A DNA stretch of 64,000 bases from Zygnema circumcarinatum SAG 698-1b (Eukaryota > Plantae > Zygnematophyceae): positions 3,348,001 to 3,412,000 of the forward strand of contig CM074811.1 in the NCBI GenBank assembly GCA_037447605.1, given 5' to 3'. A program made the translations under genes and the position numbers. This document shows positions 24,277 to 36,200 of the stretch, piece after piece (position 1 is the first letter of the stretch; each line of letters opens with the position of its first letter). The notes under the pieces are model-generated. The model was not told where the DNA came from and did not search any database. It saw only the letters and a program-made list of their open reading frames with translations.

Positions 24277-24434
24277 GGGTAACTCTACTGCACCCCCGCG
24301 TTTTGTCTTTCGCACCCCCCTTTTGAAAATTTTGCCTGCCCGTTTTGGTCNNNNNNNNNNGACCAAAACGGGCAGGCAAAATTTTCAAAAGGGGGGTGCG
24401 AAAGACAAAACGCGGGGGTGCAGTAGAGTTACCC
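24277..24434. repeat. Perfect inverted repeat centred on a 10-N gap (TIR element with unassembled core, or scaffolding artefact)
   Basis: GGGTAACTCTACTGCACCCC...GTTTTGGTC-N10-GACCAAAAC...GGGGTGCAGTAGAGTTACCC. Confidence 0.7.
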
Positions 24435-24448
24435 TTTTCTTTTTTGTT

Positions 24449-25310
24449 AGGGGGCGACTATTTACAGTGTACGTTTTCTGAATGTAGTGTACGTTTTCGG
24501 GGGGCAGCAAAAAAATCCTTTTTTTGGCTGCCCTGCGCTGTTTCATACTTTTCAGAATAGATACAGACCTTAAATCGTCGGATGTACGGATAGTGATTTG
24601 AATTGTACGAAGCCTGCGCGTCTACAAGGTATAAGGGCGCAACACGTGGAGCGACATGATTGGTCGCGGCAACATATGACGTGACAAGTATGTTTGGGAC
24701 CGTGACGTGACGAAACGAGACGCGACGAAAGTGGAGTCCGTGGACGGCAGTCGGAAATAGGGGGTGTCAGACTTAAAAAATTTCAGTACGCGTGTTCGTA
24801 AGTTTGACATCAGAACGAGTACTCCAGTATAATCGCGATCCTCCTGCGGCGGAGTACTTTCGTAACCCTTTTTTTCGTAACGCTTTTCGTAAGATTTTGT
24901 TAAGTCTGACACCCCCTAATGGCGGGAAAAAAACTGACAGATTTTTCCTTAAACACGCTACGTTATGTGCCCTACTTTTTCTGTCAGTTTTAATCCCCGC
25001 CATTTCCGACTGCCGTCCGCGGACTCCACTTTTGTCGCGTCGGTTTCGTCACGTCACGGTCCCAAACATACTTGTCACGTCATATGTTGCCGCGACCAAT
25101 CATGTCGCTCCACGTGTTGCGCCCTTATACCTTGTAGACGCGCGCGCTTCGTACATTTCAAATCACTATCCGTACATCCGACGATTTAAGGTCTGTATCT
25201 ATTCTGAAAAGTATGAAACAGCGCAGGGCAGCCAAAAAAAGGATTTTTTTGCTGCCCCCCGAAAACGTACACTACATTCAGAAAACGTACACTGTAAATA
25301 GTCGCCCCCT
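24449..25310. mobile_element. Foldback-type element with ~330-bp inverted arms, short spacer and nested MITE C
   Basis: The left arm starting AGGGGGCGACTATTTACAGTGTACG is the near-perfect reverse complement of the right arm ending CACTGTAAATAGTCGCCCCCT. TTTGTT lies directly on both flanks. Confidence 0.85.
24759..24917. mobile_element. 159-bp MITE 'C', copy 2
   Basis: Same TIRs and length as 8481-8639, with an AAT duplication. The opposite foldback arm shows the empty site. Confidence 0.9.
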
Positions 25311-25720
25311 TTTGTTATAGGCCAGTCAAACGTTTGACAAAACGCCACACGCCACGTCGGCGCCACGTAGGCCAATCGTGGCCTGATGGAGCCCGGAAAC
25401 ACATGACGAGGAACTGGTCATAGAACCTCGGCTTCAGTCATTGGTCAGGACTCATTAGCCATTTGAATTGGCTAAAACATTTTATTTGCTTTGTCTACTT
25501 TTGTTTGAAAGCGGGAATTGGACCGAAGATTTTTCCGTACAAACTAAACTGAGCAAACCTTGTAACAAAAACTCGAGGTTGCAAACTTTTGGACGTCACC
25601 TCCCTCCAGGTTTTTTACCCCCCCTGGAGTTGCTAATTAACCACCCCCCCCCTCTCCCTCCCTTCGGCGCCTACCAAAATCGTATTCTACAATTTTGATT
25701 TTAAAAAACGAAACAAATTC

Positions 25721-28660
25721 CTATTTTTGATTCGAATAAACCGCGTCCACGTCATCGAGCTCGAGGAGCTTCTCCATGATGAGGTCGTTCAGCTCTCGCG
25801 CCTCGTCATCGGGCTGGAAAAATATGTTCATTTCCACAATAAAATATATATATATATAAGAATAATGTCATATGGTGACGAGGAACCAAAGGTGGCGGTA
25901 GTTGTGGGAGAGGGAGGGGGGAGGAGGGAGGAGGGAGGAGGAGGGAGGAGGGAGGGAGGAGGGAGGAGGGAGGAGGAGGGAGGAGGGAGGGAGGAGGGAG
26001 GAGGGAGGAGGAGGGAGGAGGGAGGAGGGAGGAGGGAGGAGGAGGAGGGAGGAGGGAGGAGGGAGGAGGAGGAGGGAGGAGGGAGGAGGGAGGAGGGAGG
26101 AGGGAGAGGAGGAGGGAGGAGGGAGGAGGGAGGAGGGAGGAGGGAGGAGGGAGGAGGAGGAGGGAGGAGGGAGGGAGGAGGAGGGAGGAGGGAGGAGGGA
26201 GGAGGGAGGAGGGAGGAGGGAGGAGGGAGGAGGGAGGGGAGTGGGAGGAGGGAGGAGGAGGAGGAGGAGGGAGGAGAGGAGGGAGGAGGGAGGAGGGAGG
26301 AGGGAGGGGAGGAGAAGGGAGGAGGGAGGGAGGGAGAGGGAGGAGGGAGGAGGGAGGAGGACGGAGGAGGAGGAGGGAGGAGGGAGGAGGGAGGGAAGAG
26401 GGAGGGAGGGGGGGCGGAGGGAGGAGGGAGGAAGGGAGGAGGGAGGAGGAGGGAGGAGGCAAGGGAGGGAGGAAGGGAGGAGGGAGGAGGGGAGGAGAAA
26501 GGAGGAAGGGAGGAGGGAGGGAGGAGGGAGGAGGGAGGAGGAAGGGAGGAGGGAGGAGGGAGGAGGGAGGAGGAAGGGAGGAGGGAGGAGCGAAGAGGGA
26601 GGAAGGAGGGAGAAAGGAGGAAGGGAGGAGGGAGGAGGGAGAGACAGATGGAGAGAGAGGTGATCGAGGCAGGGAGAGGTAGAAGAAGTAAAGAAAGAAA
26701 AGAGAGAGAAAAGAGAGGGGGGCGAGAGATAGAGAGTTCCCCTGGAAAGCAAAAACTTCTCACCCTACTCCATTTACATGAATGATGAACCGACGAACAC
26801 ATACATTTGAAACCCAACTGAAATGGAAAATAATTACAAATTTGGTCCGTCCGACGTACCTCCACATAGGCCACAGGGATGAGTTCGAGACCCGAATGGT
26901 CAAAATCAATCGGAAAATTGGCCTCCTCCAAGTTCGATCTCACGGAAACAAAGCTCTCCATGGAGGTCAGCACTTTGAACATCCTGCAGTCACAAATTCT
27001 CACAAATTCTCACAAATTCTCACAAATTCACACATAGAACGAGGTACTGCACCTTAATTTGTTTCTCAAATTTCATCTTAGAACACAGTATACTCACACA
27101 GTCAAAACCTGAACAGAGTTACAAGTAAAGGTTGCAACTTACGGCCGAGACTCTTCCTGCTCTTCCTCCTCAGCTTCCTCCGGTTCGCGAACATCATCCG
27201 CTCCGGCATCCATGGCGGTCAAGAGGAGTTCGTCGGGATCAATTTTCTCCGCAGGGAGTGCAATCACTCCACATCTATACAAAAATCTCAAAAAAAAGTT
27301 GAAGTAAACATACATAGTAACATACAACGAGTCCATCATTTGGTCAAACGAGTGAAGAAAAGGACAGGAGTCAAGGTAAGTCAGCAAGTACAGCACTCAA
27401 CCAAGTCAAGCGAAGTCAACAAAGTCAAGACAAGTCAAGTCAAACCTTTTGAAGTTGAACATGACGGAACCAGGATCTGCCATTTTTCCGCCATTTTTTT
27501 TCACCACATCGCGAACATTAGCAGCGGCTCTCGCGTTGTTGTCCGTCAAAACATCCAAAACAATGCCGACCCCTCCCAAGCCATAAACCTGCAAAGAACC
27601 CAAAATCCCAAAACCCGAATGACTCAAAAACTGCACATCTTCACTCTCCTCCCTCCCCTTCCAGCTAATACCACTATCCCCTACCTGCCTCTCCCTCTCT
27701 CTCCCTCTCTCTCCCTCTCTCTCCCACTCACACTAGATTTCGTCTCTGCTGCCTTCTACTCCATATCCATTGTCACCACTGCCTGCAGTCGCCCCCCTTC
27801 CTTTCGTACCCCCTCCCCCTCTTCTCTCNNNNNNNNNNCCCCCCCCCCCCCCCCCCCCCCCCCTCACTCTCTCTTTCCTCCTTCCCCTGCCCTTCTTCAT
27901 CTTCGCAGTGTTCAGTAGAAGACAACAGACCTCGTAATTCAATTCAGCGAAATCCGCCTGCCCTTTCTCGGATGCCTTTTTTATATTCCGCTCCAAAATG
28001 TCCTTCGGAATGTCATACAACCTCGCCTGACTCAGCAACAGTGCAAGCGCTGTATTGGAAGCAGGGCTCGGTCCTCCTGTTTTGACACTGCATGAAAATA
28101 ACTAAATATAATTGAATGAGCGTAATTTTCTTAATTTTTCATTTTTCTTTTTCTATTTGATTACGAAAGTCAAGATAGTCGAGTCTAAGAAATGGACTAG
28201 ATTTCAGTTTGTAAAACAGCCTGATTACAAATGATACACCAACTTTCCATTAAACTCAAAACTATCAGCTTTTTAGAATCGGCAATACTGTAGGTAAAAT
28301 TGCGACACTACCCAAATCAAACAAGTGAAATTTAACAGATTTGCAATGAATGATGAAACGAAAATAATTGCAGGAAATAGTCAAGAAAGAAGGTAGAAAG
28401 AGTACTTTGCGGAGCTCGGGTCGCTTACGCTGAAATAATTTGTTTGCCAATTTTTCCGTAAAGTTTGGACTTCCGAGCGTCTTGGGCTCCCTAGTCCCAC
28501 AAGAAAGTGTCCATGTAAGCTGGGTCACAGTAATTGGGGAAGAGAGGTTTGCCTTTGTGGCTGCAGAAAGAAAGAGAGGGAAAGGAGAAGGCATAATGCG
28601 ACAAAAAAAGGAGACGAGAACAAAAAACAAAGGAAGCGCAGAGAAGAGGAAACAATAGGG

Positions 28661-28716
<56 letters not shown>

Positions 28717-29125
28717 GCACCTCGTGTTATACCTTTCTCATCGCAATCTTCGACGACCTCCTTCCCATACACAAAATGCTCCCACTCTTAAACGTCCGTA
28801 CACCGCCCCCCTTCTGCAACCCTAACCCTAACCCTAACTCCGACCCTAACCCTAATCCCAGCCCCACCGACTCCCTAACCCCTCGTTTTTCCTGCCCCCC
28901 CATTCCCCTGAACCCCCAAAATCCTCCCCGCGAAGACAGCCACGTGTCACACATCCCGGCCGTCCGATCCCTCCCATCCAACGGCGCACAGCCCGCCCTC
29001 GCCGTCACGGCCTCCGCCCTCCTCAACGGCCATTCCTGGGACGAAGCTGCCGCGAAGGAGCGCGCGGCGGGGAGGAGGGCGCGGCAGAGAGAAGGCGGCG
29101 CCGGACTCAGCAAGGCGCGCGCCAT
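25721..29125 (-). CDS. YebC/PmpR/TACO1-family protein with organellar-type N-extension; exons 29125-28733, 28490-28429, 28087-27931, 27588-27446, 27274-27143, 26983-26860, 25813-25721
   Basis: [106 protein letters not shown]. This is the YebC (Transcrip_reg) family signature. Confidence 0.93.
25910..26640. repeat. (GGAGGAG)-type 7-mer tandem tract in the last YebC intron
   Basis: Direct inspection; it explains the Pro/Ser/Leu and Glu/Gly/Arg pseudo-ORFs. Confidence 0.9.
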
Positions 29126-29217
29126 GGCGGCGGAGGGGCGGAGCCTCCGCAGGGCGACACGTGACCTCGTGGGAGAGGGGGGAGGGCGGAGGGGGGAGGG
29201 AGTGGGAGTGGGAGAGA

Positions 29218-29339
29218 GGGTTAGGGTTAGGGTTAGGGTTAGGATTTGGGTTAGGGTTAGGATTTGGGTTAGGGTTAGGATTTGGGTTAGGGTTAGGGTT
29301 AGGGTTAGGGTTAGGGTTAGGATTTGGGTTAGGGTTAGG
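29218..29339. repeat. Interstitial telomere-like (TTAGGG)n array with TTAGGATTTGGG variants
   Basis: About 20 hexamers lying 90-215 bp upstream of the YebC ATG. Confidence 0.9.
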
Positions 29340-29407
29340 CCAATGCTTTAGCTGACGTAATTCAAAAGTGCGAAGAACTGTACTGTACTAGTATGAGAAA
29401 CTTGGTT

Positions 29408-29584
29408 TTGTACGAACCTGTCCATTAGTTTGTACGAACATGACCGTTACTTTGTACAAACGTGACCGTTATTCTGTACGAAACGGATGCAATCATGGGC
29501 CCGAGGACAGGTGTGCGCGGGGGAGTGGCGGAGGTCAGCTGGCGTCAGCCCTAAGTTGCCCTTGTCGTATTCGCGCCACGTGGC
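29408..29584. promoter_or_regulatory. Putative cis-element cluster in the YebC/oxidoreductase divergent promoter: ~21-bp-spaced TGTAC(G/A)AA units plus a perfect G-box
   Basis: TTGTACGAA at 29408 and 29430 (reverse complement TTCGTACAA, the SBP-box consensus TNCGTACAA); GCCACGTGGC at 29575. Confidence 0.45.
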
Positions 29585-30248
29585 ACGATGGCGGTGGTCA
29601 GTTCGTTGCAGACTGTGTCAGGTACAGGCGCTCTCCCTCTGCCACGTGTCCCTACTAGCTCAGCTTGAGCTGTCACGTGTCACCGAGTCTTGCTGCCACG
29701 TGCTGGTAACCCTGGAGCTCCTTCTTGCTCGCAGGCTTTGTGCCCATTATTGGGGGGTTTTTGCCTGCTACGTGTGGGCAGCATTTGTGGAATTATCAGA
29801 GCTGCCACCTGGCACCCGGAGAAGCTCTGGAGGAAATCTGAGGGTTCTGCGAGACTGTGACCAGGGCTCCAGGGCTGAGGGGTTTGAGACGTGGAGAAGG
29901 GGACACTCGGTGAGAGCGGAGGGTGTTAGCTGGCATAGTGGTGTTGGCCATGTTGGTGCGCTGGCACGATGGTGACCTTCACCTTCCCCCCCTTAAACCC
30001 TAATTTTGGGAAATGTGAAAGGCCCTGAACCCTCAATCCCTGTAGCCCTTAAGCCCCTCAGTCTCTAGACCCTTCAAAAACAAAAAAACGCTTAAACCCT
30101 AGGGTTCAAGGATGGAGGTTGTTTGAACTTACCTGAAATCTCTAATCGCTTTTTTTAACTCTTTAAATTTACATTTCAAATTTGATATTAAATTTCTTTC
30201 TCAGCTTCATTCATTTTAACTTTCCCCTTTTTTTTTTTTTTGTTCCAG

Positions 30249-33200
30249 ACATTGTAGTAGTTGTGCGTGAGGCGGTTGCCGGTTCGCCTGCCCTGGCAGG
30301 AGATTCGTTCCGTCCCTTCTCCTCTTGGAAGCTTCTGACGGAGTCGGAGGGCGCGTTCGCACTGACAACGACCACGGCTTTTTGCTCGATCGCGGATTTC
30401 AAATTTTCTTGTCAGGTGGAAAAATAAATAAATAAAACATAAAATGGGGTCTTGATACTATCGCTTGTTTTTATCATAAGGGTCCAAAAACAATTATAGA
30501 TTATCGATGATGAACTATGAGAGGGAGAGAGATGCGGGGAGGGGGAGGAGGAGGGAGAGAGGGGGGTGGGGGAAAAGTGAAAGGGAGACGGAGAGGGAGA
30601 GGGAGAGGGAGAGAGTGGAGAGGGAGGTAGGGGAGAGACGGAGAGGGAGGTAGGGGAGAGGGAGAGGGAGGTAGGTGGAGAGGGAGGGGGAGGTATGGGG
30701 GAGAGAGAGAGGGAGGTAGGGAGGTGAGGGAGAGGGAAGTAGGGGGGAGAGGGAGAGGGAGGTAGGGGGAGAGGGAGAGGGAGGGAGAGGGAGTGGGAGA
30801 GGGAGGTAGGGCGAGAGGGAGTGGGAGGTCGGGGGAGAGGGAGGGAGAGGGAGAGGGAGAGAGGGAAGGGAGAGGGAGGAGAGGGGGGAGAGGGAGTGGA
30901 GGCCCGGGGAGAGGGAGAGGGAGGGAGAGGGAGAGGGAAGGGAGGAGGAGCGGGAGGGAGGAGGAGGAGAGGAGCGGGAGGAGGGAGGTAGGGAGGAGGA
31001 GAGAAGGGAGAGGGAGGTAGGAGGGAGTGGGAGAGGCAGGTAGGGGAGAGGGAGAGGGAGGTAGGGGGAGAGGGAGAGGATGGGATGCTTACATAAGTAT
31101 GAAAAACGTAGTTTTCCCTCAGATAAGGCTATCTATTCCCCTCACAAACATCCTGTTTTGTTACTGCTTAACTTATTTGTTGTTGTTTTTCTTGTGTTCC
31201 CATTTATTTATAGGATATTGGGAGGCCAAAGTAGTTAGATTATGATGATGTTGGATCTGAGAGCCGTCTATATGCGGGAGCCTTGTAATGGTATTGTGAT
31301 TGGAAAATTTTAATGAAAATTTAAAAAAAATCTTTGTTTTGGGAGAAATGGCCTGAACTCTTTTAAATTTGTGAGTTCTGTTGTCCAGCTGGTTGAATCC
31401 TGTTGTTTTCTGTCATTTATGGACAGCTAAGGGAGTGAGAGAGAGAGAATATTGGAGATAAGAGAGCCACCTAAACAACACAGAGAGAAAGACACAGAGG
31501 GAAAGTATCATAAGGGAAGCAGCAGGAGAGAGGGAGAGGCAAGGGTGGAGATGGGCATGAGACTGGGACGAGGAGGGAGGAGGGCTAGGAGGGAGAGGGA
31601 GACAGAGAGAGGGTGGGATAACGGGGAGGAGGGGGGAGGGCCAGGGAGGAGTGGGAGAGAGAGAGGATCTGGGGGACGGGGAAGGAGGGGAGGGGTGAGG
31701 GAGGGAGAGAGGGAGTGAGAGAGAGGACGGGGGACGGGAGAGGGGGAGATCAGTACAGAGAGGGAGGCAGAGAGGTTGAGGTGGAGAGTGTGAGAGGAGT
31801 GACAGAGAGGGCAGATGATGGTGTGCTGGGTGAGGGAGGTGTGAGCATGAGAGACAGTGTGCAGTGAGATGCTAGATGAGAGGGTGAGGGATGGGGCAGG
31901 AGGGGGAGGGCGAGGGAGGGAGAGAGGGAGAGAGAGAGAGGGTGGGGATGGGGAGGAGGGGGGGAGGGGCGAGGGAGGGAGAGAGGGAGAGAAAGAGAGA
32001 GGTTGAGGGATGGAGGTTGTAGGGGCGAGGGAAGGAGAGAGGGAGTGAGAGAGGATGGGGGACGGGGAGGAGGGGGGGAGGGGCGCGGGAAGGGAGAGAG
32101 GGAGAGAGAGAGAGGGTGGGGGACGGGGAGGAGGGGGGGAGGGGCGAGGGGAGGGAGAGAGGGAGAGAAAGAGAGAGGTTGAGGGACGGGGAGGAGGGGG
32201 GGAGGGGCGAGGGGAGGGAGAGAGGGAGAGAGAGAGAGGATGGGGAGAGGTAGAGAGAGGGTGAGGGAGGCCGAGGAGAGAGAGAGGGTGGGGGTTGGAG
32301 GAGGGGGAGGGTGAGGGAGGGAGAGGAGAGAAGAGAAGGTTGAGGATGGGAGGAGGGGAGGGGTGAGTGGAGGGAGAGAGGGAGAGAGAGAGAGGACGGG
32401 GGACGGGGGAGGAGGGGGAGGGGCGAGGGGAGGGAGAGAAGGAGAGAGAGTAGGATGGGACGGGGAGGAGGGGGGAGGGCCCAGGAGGGGAGAGAGGAGA
32501 GAGAGAGGTGGGGAATGGGAGGAGGGGGGGGGGGCGAGGGAGGGAGAGAGGGAGAGAAGAGGGGTTAGGACGGGGAGGAGGGGAGAGGGCGAGGGGAGGG
32601 AGAGCGGGAGAGAGAGGACGGGACTGGGGAGGAGGGGGGAGGGTGAGGGATGGAAAGATAGGAGATAGGTTGAGGACGGGGAGGGAGGGGAGGGGTGAGG
32701 GAAGGAGAGGAGGGAGAGAGAGAGGATGGGGGACGGGGAGGGGGGGAGGGGCGAGGGGAGGGAGAGAGGGAGAGAGAGAGAGGATGGGGGACGGGGAGGA
32801 GGGGGGGAGGGCCGAGGGGAGGGAGAGAAGGAGAGAGAGAGAGGTTGAGGGAATGGGGAGGAGCGGGAAGGGGCGAAGGGAGGGAGAGAGGGAGTGACGG
32901 GGTGGGAGGAGGGGGGGAGGGGGCGCGGGAAGGGAGAAAGGGAGAGAGAGAGAGGTGGGATGGGGAGGAGGGGGAGGGGTGAGGGAGGGAGAGAGGGAGA
33001 AGAGAGAGGTTGGAGGGATGGGGAGAAGGGGGAGGGGCGAGGGGAGGGAGAGAGGGAGAGAGAGAGGAGACGGGGAGGAGGGGGGGAGGGGCGAGGGGAG
33101 ATGTGGGGGACGGGGAGGAGGGGGGGAGGGGCGAGGGGAGGGAGAGAGGGAGAGAAAGAGAGAGGTTGAGGGACGGGGAGGAGGGGGGGAGGGGCGAGGG

Positions 33201-36200
33201 GAGGGAGAGAGGGAGAGAGAGAGAGGATGGGGGACGGGGAGGAGGGGGGGAGGGGCGAGGGGAGGGAGAGAGGAGAGAGAGAGATGGGGACGGGTAGGAG
33301 GGGGGAGGGCCAGGGAGGGAGAGAGGGAGAGAGAGAGGGCGGGGATGGAGGAGGGGAAAGGCTGAGGAGGGAGAGAGCGAGAGAAAAGTAGAGGTTGAGG
33401 GATGGGAGGAGGGGGAAGGTGGGGAGCAGTGAGAGAGAGAAGAGGACGGGGAGTGGGGAGGAGGGGGAGGGTGAGGGATGGAGTAGGAGAGAGAGAAGGC
33501 TTGAGGACCCTGGAGGAGGGGGGAGGGGCGAGGGGAGGGGAGAGAGAGTGAAGAAGAGGACGGGGGACGGGGAGGAGGGGGGGAGGGGCGAGGGGAGGGA
33601 GAGAGGGAGAGAAATAGAGAGGTTGAGGGACGGGGAGGAGGGGGGGAGGGGCGAGGGGAGGGGCGAGGGGAGGGAGAGAGGGAGAGAGAGGAGATGGGGG
33701 ACGGGGAGGAGGGGGGGAGGGGCGAGGGGAGGCCGAGAGGGAGAGAGAGAGAGGGTGGGGGACGGGGAGGAGGGGGGGGAGGGTGAGGGAGAGGAGAGAG
33801 GGAGAGAGAGAGGTTGAGGACTGGGGAGAGGGGGGAGGGCGAGGGAGGGAGAGGGAGAGAGAGAGATGATGGGGAGGAGGGGGAGGGTGAGGGAGGGAGA
33901 GAGGGAGAGAGAGGATGGGATGGAGGAGGGGGGGAGGGTCGAGGGGAGGGAGAGAGGGAGAGAGAGAGAGGGTGGGGGACGGGGAGGAGGGGGGGGGGGG
34001 CGAGGGGAGGGAGAGAGGGAGAGAAAAAGAGAGGTTGAGGGACGGGGAGGAGGGGGGGAGGGGCGAGGGGAGGGAGAGTGGGAGAGAGAGAGAGGATGGG
34101 GGACGGGGAGGAGGGGGGGAGGGGCGAGGGGATGGAGAGAGGGAGAGAAAGAGAGAGGTTGAGGGACGGGGAGGAGGGGGGGAGGGGCGAGGGGAGGGAG
34201 AGAGGGAGAGGGAGAGAGAGAGAGGATGGGGATGGGGGAGGAGGGGGAGGGGCAGGGGAAGGAAGAGGGAGAGAGAGAGAGGGTGGGGATGGGGGAGGAG
34301 GGGGGAGGGTGAGGGAGGGAGAGAGGGAGAGAGAGAGAGAGGGTGAGAGGGATTGGGGAGGAGGGGGGAGGGTGAGGGGAGGGAGAGAGGGAGAGAGAGA
34401 GAGAGGGTGGGGACGGGGGAGGAGGGGGGAGGGCGAGGGAGGGAGAGGAGAGAGAGAGAGGTTGAGGACGGGGAGGCGGAAGGGGCGAGGGGAGGGAGAG
34501 AGGGAGTGAGAGAGAGGACGAGGGACCTGGGAGGAGGGGGAGGGTTGCCGAAGGGAGAGAGGGAGAGAGAGAGAGGGTGGGGGACGGGGAGGAGGGGGGG
34601 AGGGGCGAGGGGAGGGAGAGAGGGAGAGAAAGAGAGAGGTTGAGGGACGGTGAGGAGGGGGGGGAAGGGTGAGGCAGGGAGAGAAGGGGAGAGAAACAGA
34701 GAGCAGGGACGGAGGCAGGGGGGAGGGCGAGGGGAGGCCCAGAGGAGAGAGAGAGAGGTGGGGGAGGGGGGGAGGAGGGGGGGAGGGGGCGAGGGAGGGA
34801 GAGAGGGAGAGAGAGAGGTTGAGGACCTGGAGGAGGGAGGGAGGGCCAGGAGGGAGTGGAGAGAGAGAGAGGACGGGACGGGGTAGGAGGGGGGAGGGGT
34901 GAGGGGAGGCGAGAGGGAGAGAGAGAGAGGGTGGGGGATCTGGAGGAGGGGGGGGAGGGGTGAGGAGGAAGAGAGGGAGAGAGAGAGAGGTTGAGGACGG
35001 GGAGCAAGGGGGGAGGGGTGAGGGAGGGAGAAGAGGAGAGAGAGAGAGGATGGGGGACGGGGAGGAGGGGGGGAGGGCCGAGGGGAGGGAGAGAGGGAGA
35101 GAGAGAGAGGGTGGGGGACGGGGAGGAGGGGGGGGGGGGCGAGGGGAGGGAGAGAGCGAGAGAAAAAGAGAGGTTGAGGGACGGGGAGGAGGGGGGGAGG
35201 GGCGAGGGGAGGGAGAGTGGGAGAGAGAGAGAGGATGGGGGACGGGGAGGAGGGGGGGAGGGGCGAGGGGATGGAGAGAGGGAGAGAAAGAGAGAGGTTG
35301 AGGGACGGGGAGGAGGGGGGGAGGGGCGAGGGGAGGGAGAGAGGGAGAGAGAGAGAGGATTGGGGACGGGGAGGAGGGGGGGAGGGCCGAGGGGAGGGAG
35401 AGGGAGAGAGAGAGAGTGGGGATGGGGAGGAGGGGGGGGGCGAGGGAGGGAGGGAGAAAAGAGATGAGGACGGCAGGTGGGAGGTTGAGGAGGGGAGGAG
35501 GTGGGGAGGGCCCGAGGGAGGGAGAGAGGGAGAGAGAGAGAGGATGCTGGAGGAGGGGGAAGGGCCAGGGAGGGAGAGAGGGAGAGAGAGAGAGGGGTGG
35601 GGATGGGAGGAAGGGGGGAGGGCCAGGGAGGGAGAGAGGGAGCAGAGAGAGAGAGGGTGAGGACGGGGAGGAGGGGGGAGGGGCGAGGGGAGGGAGAGAG
35701 GGAGAGAGAGAGAGGGTGGGGGACGGGGAGGAGGGGGGGAGGGGCGAGGGGAGGGAGAGAGGGAGAGAAAGAGAGAGGTTGAGGGACGGGGAGGAGCGGG
35801 GAAGGGGCGAGGGGAGGGAGAGAGGGAGTGAGAGAGAGGATGGGGGACGGGGAGGAGGGGGGGAGGGGCGAGGGGAGGGAGAGAGGGAGAGAGAGAGAGG
35901 ATGGGGGACGGGTAGGAGGGGGGGAGGGCCGAGGGGAGGGAGAGAGGGAGAGAGAGAGAGGGTGGGGGACGGGGAGGAGGGGGGGGGGGGCGAGGGAGGG
36001 AGAGAATTGGAGAGAGAGAGAATCAGGGACTGGAGGTGGGAGGGGCGAGGGAGGGAGATGGAGAGAGAGAGAGACGGGGAACGGGGAGGAGGGGGGGAGG
36101 GGTGAGGGATGGAGGAAGAGGGAGAGAAAGAGAGAGGTTGAGGGATGGGAGGAGGGGGGGAGGGGCGAGGGAGGGAGAGAGGGAGAGAGAGAGAGGATGG

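Noticed and set aside
25727-27003. Overlapping 218-391 aa Glu/Gly/Arg or Pro/Ser/Leu ORFs
   Set aside because: They arise from the GGAGGAG tract in a YebC intron.
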